This document shows, piece by piece, positions 53,912-64,000 of a stretch of 64,000 bases of DNA. The stretch covers positions 480,001 through 544,000 of the forward strand of contig CAVQHD010000001.1 of the NCBI GenBank assembly GCA_963712275.1. The letters are read 5' to 3'. The notes beneath the pieces are model-generated. The model saw nothing but the letters and a program-made list of their open reading frames with translations. It had not been told where the DNA came from and searched no databases. A program made the translations under genes and the position numbers. Each line of letters opens with the position of its first letter. Position 1 is the stretch's first letter. The DNA comes from an uncultured Rhabdochlamydiaceae bacterium. Its GTDB lineage: Bacteria; Chlamydiota; Chlamydiia; Chlamydiales; Rhabdochlamydiaceae.

Positions 53912-54590
53912 GAGACTCCTTTTTTTCGCTAATTCTGGTTGCTGCTGCGATGTAAACACTAGCCAGCACAGAAAAAATGTATGCCTGGATCAGACCGACA
54001 ATCAACCCTAAAAGTTCAAATAGTGCGGGAAATAATAAAGGTGAGACGCTGATGATGATACCCGCGACAAAAGATCCGCTCATAGCATTGCCAAAAAGCC
54101 GAACGGCTAAGGCCAGTGTCCTTGTTAATTCGCTTAAGATGTTGAAAGGGAGCAAGAAAATGGATGGTTGAATATAATTTTTAAGATAGCCAATCACCCC
54201 TTTTTCCCAGATTGCGTAGATGGGAACCGCGATGAATACAGAAATGGCCAGAGCTGCTGTGGTTGATAGCGAACTGGTCGGTGAAACATATCCCGGAACA
54301 ATAGTGAGCATTCCGCAAACCCCGATAAAAATGAAAAGTGAAGCGATAAAATCGAAATATTTACGTGGATTTTGAAATCCTATCTCTTTTAGTTGCTTGA
54401 GAATATATTCTAAAACGATTTCGATGGTCATCTCCGTTTTTGAGATCTCTTTGCTTTGGCGAATTTTTCGAGAAAAAATCCATGAAGATACTCCTAAGAG
54501 CGCCATCACAAGCCAGGTCATCAAGATCGTTGCATTGATCTTTGCAAAACCGTATTTAAAGTAAATAACCACATCAGGCGTTATGTTCAT
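53904..54590 (-). CDS. atpB: N-type ATPase a subunit
   Basis: PT, LAVRLFGN, IQAYIFSVL. Confidence 0.92.
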   Translation of the reverse strand: MNITPDVVIYFKYGFAKINATILMTWLVMALLGVSSWIFSRKIRQSKEISKTEMTIEIVLEYILKQLKEIGFQNPRKYFDFIASLFIFIGVCGMLTIVPGYVSPTSSLSTTAALAISVFIAVPIYAIWEKGVIGYLKNYIQPSIFLLPFNILSELTRTLALAVRLFGNAMSGSFVAGIIISVSPLLFPALFELLGLIVGLIQAYIFSVLASVYIAAATRISEKKESHG

Positions 54591-54855
54591 CGGCCCTTCT
54601 TTGTCTTACACACAATTTTCTCGATATCATAAAGCCCAATAGTAGGAGAGCAAATCTTTCAAAATGGCCATTTGCCAGCCAATAGAACCCGGATAAAACA
54701 GCAGCGCCTCTCATAAGAAAACTGAGGCAAAAAAGTAAAACGGGATACTTAATCGATGCGGAAAGAGCAACTGTCCAACGGAGCCCTAGAAAGAAAATCA
54801 CTCCTAAGCTGATTCCCAATACAAGGGATAAACAGAGCATTCCAACGTTATTCAT
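54574..54855 (-). CDS. atpR: N-ATPase AtpR subunit
   Basis: Hydrophobic 93 aa, FFLGLRWTV, SFLMR; position between atpQ and atpB. Confidence 0.75.
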   Translation of the reverse strand: MNNVGMLCLSLVLGISLGVIFFLGLRWTVALSASIKYPVLLFCLSFLMRGAAVLSGFYWLANGHFERFALLLLGFMISRKLCVRQRRADEHNA

Positions 54856-55146
54856 CGTGATTGTCTTTATTTTTAAAGGCTTCTTTTTTGGACAGCTTCC
54901 AAGCTAGGATAGAGCCGATAAAGACTCCTAATAAAAGCAAGCTTAAGGTCCAAGAATACGTTCCGGTCTTATAGTGCAGATCAATCCAAACACCTAAAGC
55001 CACTCCGAGCAGTGTCGGAATAATGACACTCCACCCTACAAGGCCAAACAAGGCAAATCCTCGCCAAATATTAACGCTGCCGCTTTTCTGAGCTTTGAGT
55101 TTTCGTTGTTGCTTTGCGATAATTTGTTCTTGAAAATTCTTTTTCT

Positions 55147-55150
<4 letters not shown>
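54848..55150 (-). CDS. atpQ: N-ATPase AtpQ (AtpZ/AtpI-like) subunit
   Basis: GLVGWSVIIPTLLGVALGVWID, SWTLSLL. Confidence 0.8.
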
Positions 55151-57979
<2,829 letters not shown>

Positions 57980-58058
57980 GAGCTCATTCGGAAGTTTTCT
58001 TAAGTCATCACAAAAACACTGTTTTTTTGCAAAGGAATCTTAGAGGGTGTCTTAAAAC

Positions 58059-59387
58059 TCAGGTTTCATTGATTTTGGGGCTTTTTGAGCCAATTTTTTT
58101 TGCTCTTTGAAAGGCCGGTGGAAGTTTTAGATTTCTTCGATATTTAGTGACCGTGCGTCTAGAGCAAAGAACGCCTTGAGCATGAAGGGCGGCAGCTAGC
58201 TTCTGATCAGACAAAGGGTTTTGTTTGTTTTCATGATTGATCAATTCTTTTAGCCTCTCTTTAGCAGTATGGTGAGAGATATTGCTGTTTGCTGTCGCAT
58301 GAGGAAAGAAGAAACGGAGTGGAAAAATTCCTCTAGGGCAAGATAGATATTTGTCTTTGACAATCCGAGACAGCGTCGATTCATGCAGCTTAAGTTTTTT
58401 AGCTGCTTGGTGGAGAGTTAGCGGCTGAAGATCGGATGTGTTTCCTTGAAAATAATCGGATTGTATTTCAGCAACGAGTTTAACCACCTGAGTGAGAATT
58501 TGATGCCGCCGGCCAATCATTTTTTCAACCCAAAGAGCTGCGGTCTCAAAGTGGCGCATATCGGATGAATCAGAAAAGTTCCGTTTAAATTTTGGAAGAA
58601 AAGCATCGCTCAGCGTGATTCTCCACTGGCCTGCGGACCCTTCAATAAAAATCTCAGGAATGGCAGTAGGAAAAGAAGCATGTCGAAAAGGGGCAGCAGG
58701 GTCTAAACTCAAAGAAGAGAGCGTCTCTTGGATAATTGTTTGCAGCTTCTCGGTGGTGCATGAGATTTTTTGGCAAAGAATTTTATGTCGGCTATGAATA
58801 AAATCGTCATAGTGGTCATGAACGATGCGGTAGGCTATGGAATCTTTTTTGCCTTGCCGCTTAAGCTGAAGAAGGAGAGCTTCTTGCAGGCTGCGCGCGC
58901 CAACACCAGGAGGATCCAGCGATTGTAAGAGATTGAGGAGAGAAGGGTCGGTAGGAGAAGCTGCTAAAAATCCCTTCTCATCGAGGTTCCCAATGAGTTC
59001 TTCCATCCGGGTTAAATCATGGGAAGAGGAAAGAGCCTCGCGTGCTTGCTGAAGAAGATGGTGGGAGAGGGTAGGAGGGGGAGATGCAATCTGTTCAATC
59101 CAAGGAGGCTGTTCTGAATGAGTTTCAGGAAAAATAGCGGATGAGAAGAGTGGATCTAGGTGCTCTAGCACTTCAAATCCTTCAGCAGTAGCATCTTCCA
59201 ACTCTTCTTCGGCCTCTTCTTCCGCAAATTGAAGAGCAGGGTTTTGTTCAATTTGCTCTCGAAGCCACTCGGCAAGCTCAGGGAGAGGCATTTCGAGAAT
59301 TGAGAGCGCTTGCCGCAAAGCAAATGTTAAAACTAATTTTTGTTCTGTTTTAACTTTTTGGATTAATATGTTTTTTGTTGATCCCAT
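58059..59387 (-). CDS. rpoN: RNA polymerase sigma-54
   Basis: PPGVGARSLQE, HESTLSR, PLSDQ, RpoN box SRRTVTKYR. Confidence 0.93.
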   Translation of the reverse strand: MGSTKNILIQKVKTEQKLVLTFALRQALSILEMPLPELAEWLREQIEQNPALQFAEEEAEEELEDATAEGFEVLEHLDPLFSSAIFPETHSEQPPWIEQIASPPPTLSHHLLQQAREALSSSHDLTRMEELIGNLDEKGFLAASPTDPSLLNLLQSLDPPGVGARSLQEALLLQLKRQGKKDSIAYRIVHDHYDDFIHSRHKILCQKISCTTEKLQTIIQETLSSLSLDPAAPFRHASFPTAIPEIFIEGSAGQWRITLSDAFLPKFKRNFSDSSDMRHFETAALWVEKMIGRRHQILTQVVKLVAEIQSDYFQGNTSDLQPLTLHQAAKKLKLHESTLSRIVKDKYLSCPRGIFPLRFFFPHATANSNISHHTAKERLKELINHENKQNPLSDQKLAAALHAQGVLCSRRTVTKYRRNLKLPPAFQRAKKIGSKSPKINET

Positions 59388-59433
59388 TTATAATTTTGTT
59401 TATTATACTATCTGCAATAAAATGTGAAACATT

Positions 59434-60390
59434 ATGAAATATGCGATATTTAGTTGTTCAGGGCTTGGTGATTGTTTGCTGACGCTGATCATTTCAGAAA
59501 ATCTTCATCGTCAGGGGCATGAGGTCACTACGTTCCATCCATTCATGTCTGAGTTTCAGCCGTGGTTTCCTCACCTTCCAATTCGCCCCTTTTCCCCTAA
59601 TTATCGAGAATTTGATCGCTTTATCGTTATGTATGAGAAAAGCACGTGGATGAAAGAGGTCCTTGACACCTGTCTTGCCAAAAGGAGAAAAGAGACTATT
59701 GTCCTGAACCCGATTGCCACCCCCAACACCGATTATCCGTATTGGGAGGAGGGACGGTTTGATGGGAGAGTTCCTTTTGCAGATAATCTTGTCACCTTTT
59801 GCCGCGATATTTTAGGTCTTTCCAGTGCAAAAAAAGCCAATGGACTGATCCTTCCCTCCGATATAAAGCTTAATGTAAAGCCAAAGCAAGTCGTGATCCA
59901 TCCGACGAGCTCTAGGCCTGGCAAAAATTGGCCCCGAGCCAAGTTTTTAAAGCTAGCCTCCGCGATCGAAAAGCGAGGATATGAGCCTATATTTATCGTG
60001 TCTCCTAAAGAGCGAGCCGAGTGGCCCGAAGCGCCTCCCTTTCCCAATTTAGAGGCGATGGCCCGTTGTGTTGCAGAATCTGGGCTTATGGTGGGCAACG
60101 ATTCAGGAATTGGTCATCTAGCCTCCTACTTTGGGATTCCAACGATGACCTTTTTCAAAAACGAAAGAACAGCCGATTTTTGGAAGCCGGCATTTGCTCC
60201 CAACTTTGCTCTAACCCCGAAGGGGTGGCTTCCCAACTTAAAGGGACTGCGGTGGAGAGATCGGTATTGGCACTGGGGGATTTCAGTCCACCGTGCTCTC
60301 TGTACTTTTGATCAGCTTTGCATACTTGGCCACGAGACTATGGACCCTGCGGCTTTGCGCAAAAAAGACATCGTAGGTCAGCCCAAGTGA
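59434..60390 (+). CDS. Glycosyltransferase family 9 protein
   Basis: GLGD, IHP, KNWP, VGNDSGIGHLA. Confidence 0.85.
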   Translation: MKYAIFSCSGLGDCLLTLIISENLHRQGHEVTTFHPFMSEFQPWFPHLPIRPFSPNYREFDRFIVMYEKSTWMKEVLDTCLAKRRKETIVLNPIATPNTDYPYWEEGRFDGRVPFADNLVTFCRDILGLSSAKKANGLILPSDIKLNVKPKQVVIHPTSSRPGKNWPRAKFLKLASAIEKRGYEPIFIVSPKERAEWPEAPPFPNLEAMARCVAESGLMVGNDSGIGHLASYFGIPTMTFFKNERTADFWKPAFAPNFALTPKGWLPNLKGLRWRDRYWHWGISVHRALCTFDQLCILGHETMDPAALRKKDIVGQPK

Positions 60391-62397
60391 TGTCTCATAA
60401 ACCCGCTCAACCATTCCAAGGCCAAAGTCCCTATGGTAAGCAGCATCGCCAACGTGAAACTCTTCACTGGAGGCTTCAGAAAAATGGCGAGGGCTGAGAT
60501 CTTGGATATACTCCGAAGGGATCTCCGCAAGGAAAGAGCTTGGACGCATCATCCGCGCTGCGCCCCAAAGAAAACGGCACCTAGCTGAAGTGAGGTAAAG
60601 ATAAACCTTTGCCCGCGTCAGCCCCACATAGCAGAGGCGCCGCTCCTCCTGCAGAGCAGCTTCATCCTCCTTGCTGTTCATGTGGGGGAAAAGATCTTCT
60701 TCCATACCGGCTAGAAAAACGACAGAAAATTCAAGCCCTTTTCCATGGTGGAGGGTCATCAATCGAACGGCATCCGAAGGCGGATTTTTAATATCGGAAG
60801 AGGTTTTGAGGGTCAGTTCCTCTAAAAAGTTAGCCAGGGTTCCCTGCGGGTTTTCCTGCTCCCATTCAGCTGCCTTTGAGATAAGCTCTGCTAGGTTCTC
60901 TCTTCTCTCGGCAAATGTTTCAGGATCTTCTTTTAAAAACTCCTCATACCGAGATCTTCCAATCGCTTCGGCAGCAAGGGTTTGAAGCGGCAGTTTTTGC
61001 AAGACCATCTCTTTCAAGGATAAAATCATGTTCACATACTCTTTAAGACCCTCCCATTGTCTTGGAGAGAGTTTTAGCTGAGGGCCCTCAGTTTTGCAAT
61101 CGACCGCAGCAGCGCAATAATCAAAGAGAGTCATGCCCGCCTCTAGCGCCCCTTCCCGAATCTTTTGAAGCGCCTTTTCTCCGAGCCCCCTCTTAGGAAG
61201 GTTGATCGTGCGGGAGAGGGCAATAAAGTCGGCTCCTGCAAGCACAATCCGGAGCAAGGCGAGAATGTCTTTGATCTCTCGCCTCTGATAAAAGGAGATG
61301 CCTCCGATGATAACGTAGGGGATTTTTAGCTTAAGGAGTGTATCTTCAAACACACGGGATTGGAAGTTTGTCCGATAAAAAATGGAACACTCTTCCAAAG
61401 GAAAATCGGCATGATGATGGAGGATTTTACGGGCAATAAACTCGGCTTCCTGGTGATCATTTTCTGCGCAATAGAGCCCAATTTTTGCCCCTGCTTCTCG
61501 AGTGCTCCATAGATTTTTTTTATAGCGAGAAGAGTTATTTTCGATTAAAGCATTGGCTGCATTTAAAATCGTGGAAGGGCTGCGGTAGTTTTGCTCCAAA
61601 GCAATCACGACCGCCCCTGGAAAATCTTTTTCGAAATTCAAGATGTTATCGATATTGGCCCCGCGCCATGAGTAAATCGATTGATCCGGATCTCCAACAG
61701 CAAAGACATTGTGATGCTGGGCTGCCAGCAGTTGAATGAGCAGATGCTGGGCATGATTCGTGTCTTGGTATTCATCGATTAAAATGAACGACCACCTTTC
61801 TTGATAACCCTTCAGGATGTCAGGATGGGCTTGAAAAAGAAGAATCGGAAGAAAAAGCAGATCGTCAAAGTCGACAGCATGAGACTCCTTAAGCTTGCGC
61901 TGGTACAGCTCGTAGAGCGCTCCCACGACGCGATCTTCTCCAGCAACCTCTTTCGGAAGGGCAGCCCGATTTTTCGCCGCCGAAATTGCCAGCTTAGCTG
62001 TTTTTAGAAACCCTTTATCTCCCTGGACGTTCAGAGCAACCAGACACTCTTTTAAGACTTTTTCACTATCGTCTTCATCGTAGATCGTAAAGCTTTGTGA
62101 ATACCCCAAATGGTGGATCGACTCACGCAAAATCTTTGCGCCTAAGCTATGGAATGTACAGGTTAAGATAAAATGACTCGAGAGTTTTTCTACACGCCTG
62201 CGCATTTCATCGGCAGCCTTATTCGTAAAGGTGACCGCCAAAATCTCCGATGAAGGGATGCCTACCGAGAGGAGATGAGTAATCCGGTAAGTGACCACCC
62301 GTGTTTTCCCAGATCCTGCTCCAGCAATGACAAGGGCCGGCCCCTCAACATGATGGACCGCTTTCTTTTGCTGCTCATTTAACTGATCAAAATCCAT
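60283..62397 (-). CDS. uvrD: UvrD/PcrA DNA helicase
   Basis: AGAGSGKT, TFTNKAA, DEYQD, GDPDQSIY, QNYRS, KGLEF, EERRLCYVGLTRA. Confidence 0.95.
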   Translation of the reverse strand: MDFDQLNEQQKKAVHHVEGPALVIAGAGSGKTRVVTYRITHLLSVGIPSSEILAVTFTNKAADEMRRRVEKLSSHFILTCTFHSLGAKILRESIHHLGYSQSFTIYDEDDSEKVLKECLVALNVQGDKGFLKTAKLAISAAKNRAALPKEVAGEDRVVGALYELYQRKLKESHAVDFDDLLFLPILLFQAHPDILKGYQERWSFILIDEYQDTNHAQHLLIQLLAAQHHNVFAVGDPDQSIYSWRGANIDNILNFEKDFPGAVVIALEQNYRSPSTILNAANALIENNSSRYKKNLWSTREAGAKIGLYCAENDHQEAEFIARKILHHHADFPLEECSIFYRTNFQSRVFEDTLLKLKIPYVIIGGISFYQRREIKDILALLRIVLAGADFIALSRTINLPKRGLGEKALQKIREGALEAGMTLFDYCAAAVDCKTEGPQLKLSPRQWEGLKEYVNMILSLKEMVLQKLPLQTLAAEAIGRSRYEEFLKEDPETFAERRENLAELISKAAEWEQENPQGTLANFLEELTLKTSSDIKNPPSDAVRLMTLHHGKGLEFSVVFLAGMEEDLFPHMNSKEDEAALQEERRLCYVGLTRAKVYLYLTSARCRFLWGAARMMRPSSFLAEIPSEYIQDLSPRHFSEASSEEFHVGDAAYHRDFGLGMVERVYETSLGLTYDVFFAQSRRVHSLVAKYAKLIKSTESTVD

Positions 62398-62425
62398 GAA
62401 TAAGAAAAGTACCACACTCTTTCTT

Positions 62426-62589
62426 GGGTAGGCAAGGAGGAAAGTGAGATGGGCTTTTTGGCGGCGCCAGGCAGATTTTTTACACAACTCCTCGCAAATA
62501 GCCTAGCGGCTATTCGCTGTGGTTTGTGTAAGAAAATCTGCTCTGGCGGCGCCCAAAAATCCCTATCTCATTTTCCTCCCTGCCTACCC
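62426..62589. repeat. ~164-bp imperfect palindromic element
   Basis: Arms GGGTAGGCA..GGAGGAAA.TGAGAT / ATCTCA.TTTCCTCC.TGCCTACCC, GCAGATTTT/AAAATCTGC, TTACACAA/TTGTGTAA, AATAGCC/GGCTATT. Confidence 0.8.
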
Positions 62590-62685
62590 TTTCTTGGATA
62601 GGCAAGTAGAAAATATTTTGATTTTATTCATTTGATTTAAAATCACTAAAAGATTAGCTTTCCAAGCTTTTTAGAGGTAACTACT

Positions 62686-64000
62686 ATGGTTTTAAAAATT
62701 AATTATACTTCAAGTATTGATTTAACAAATAATACAAATTATTTCACCAATCACCAGAAATGGAAAATCGGCTGCGGCTTAGACTCCAAAACAGGATTGT
62801 GCTGTTTCTATCTGCAAGACAGCTTTGGTATTTCCTACTGCGTCACTGAGTTCATTGTAGAAGATCTCGATCCTCAGTTTAGCAGTGAATTGAACCAGAT
62901 CCACACATCTGATGAGCAGCAACAACGCATCCAAGCGTATTTAGAGCAGCGGCTGCGCCAAGCAAGCCCTTACCAGGTCCACGTCGAATCTCAAGGAGAA
63001 ATGCGGTTCATCCGTTTTGGCGATTATGGACTCAAAGGAGGCGGGAAAACAAAAATACTCGCGCTTGCTGCTTCACTAACTCAAGTCGGAATAGGGATTG
63101 CCTTAAGCAGCGGCTTTTTTAAGCAAGGAAAAATGATCGGCGGGATTTTGATCAGTTCCGGCCTCAGCAGCGGCTTGCTTGCCTACAACCAAGACGAGAA
63201 TGAGAGCGATTATTGGAAGGAATATGCAAAGAATTTCGGGTATGGCGTTCTAACCAGTGTTGTTTCTTATGGCACTGGATTTCTTGTCCAAGGCACAGGT
63301 CTTCTCACAAAGATCAGTGCCAAAGTTTTAGGAGGAGCACTCCAGGGCGCCGCATCGACGGCCGCTGTGATTTTTGCTCAAGAACAAAAGCTGCCCGACC
63401 TTAACAAAGTGGCTTGTAGTGCAGCTGCAGGAAGTCTTGGCGCTACCGCCAGCTTAGGAGCGGGCGCTCTCATGGATAAAGTGATGGGAGACAATGTATC
63501 TGGGGTTGCTGCCAAGGCGCTTCGAGGAGCTGTTCAAGGAGCTGCCGGTTCCATGGGTAGTAAAGCAATCACAAATTTGTTTGAAAAGAAAAGGCTTAGC
63601 CACGAGCTCCTCCAGGAGGGAATTTTAAGTGGTGTCGTCAATGGAGGCATCATGGGTCTTGAGCAAATAACTAAAAACCGTGAGCTCTACGCCGCTCAAT
63701 ATGAGCAAAGCAAACAAAAACAAACGGAAAGCGACCTTAAAAGCGCGCAAGAGAGCGCCGCAAAAAGTCGGCATGAAACAGAGCGTACTGAGCAGCGTTT
63801 GCAGCAAGCCGAGCAAGAGTTTCTCGCTCATCAGCAAAAGCTGCAAGAGCTCCATCAAACCCTGCAAGCGCAGCAGCAGGCTGCCGAGCAAGCCCGGCAG
63901 CAGGTGCAGCAGGCCCAGCAAATAGTCGATCAAGCAAGCAAAACAACGGCCGCAACCCATGAACAACTAATAGCAGCCCAGAAGAGACTCCACGCAGCTC
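62686..64000 (+). CDS. Large hypothetical protein (partial): N-terminal domain ending GLKGGG, Gly/Ala-rich hydrophobic region, Gln-rich coiled coil
   Basis: Manual translation from ATG 62686 (RBS GAGGT), open to the window end. Confidence 0.75.
   Translation, partial: MVLKINYTSSIDLTNNTNYFTNHQKWKIGCGLDSKTGLCCFYLQDSFGISYCVTEFIVEDLDPQFSSELNQIHTSDEQQQRIQAYLEQRLRQASPYQVHVESQGEMRFIRFGDYGLKGGGKTKILALAASLTQVGIGIALSSGFFKQGKMIGGILISSGLSSGLLAYNQDENESDYWKEYAKNFGYGVLTSVVSYGTGFLVQGTGLLTKISAKVLGGALQGAASTAAVIFAQEQKLPDLNKVACSAAAGSLGATASLGAGALMDKVMGDNVSGVAAKALRGAVQGAAGSMGSKAITNLFEKKRLSHELLQEGILSGVVNGGIMGLEQITKNRELYAAQYEQSKQKQTESDLKSAQESAAKSRHETERTEQRLQQAEQEFLAHQQKLQELHQTLQAQQQAAEQARQQVQQAQQIVDQASKTTAATHEQLIAAQKRLHAA

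Noticed and set aside
62398..62487. N-terminal extension of UvrD in the ORF track
   Set aside because: Reads into the palindromic element; the protein plausibly starts at MDFDQL (62397)

Overview
Chromosomal segment of an environmental chlamydia (inferred from MOMP-like and CT583/pGP6-D-like genes, the long chlamydial GreA, and thrS-parA-gp6D and glmU-ispA synteny). The main result is a complete multi-target diversity-generating retroelement (DGR) at ~6.3-18.0 kb. It has an RT (10340-11380), an antisense avd (9949-10341), a 92-nt AAC-rich template repeat (9860-9951) with its own near-consensus promoter, and three variable repeats that differ from TR almost only at adenines. The VRs end a shared ~200-aa putative CLec-type domain fused to eukaryote-like enzyme modules: a U-box/TPR protein and two PARP-like ADP-ribosyltransferases, which look like host-directed effectors with a hypervariable binding tip. 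Relics (RT-tail copies, a displaced old C-terminus) record how targets were recruited. A nested mobile element sits at 1.55-5.1 kb: an IS605 element split the ATG of a VOC gene, and a group II intron then split the IS right end. The rest is mostly housekeeping (thrS, parA, dapA, def, nagZ, ung, ispA, recA, greA, rdgB, rodA, birA, rpoN, uvrD), plus a candidate oriC, a tRNA-Pro islet with an AbiE TA pair, an MqsRA-like TA pair, an N-ATPase operon, F-box-like paralogs and three long palindromes. All calls come from manual reading; no database searches were run.
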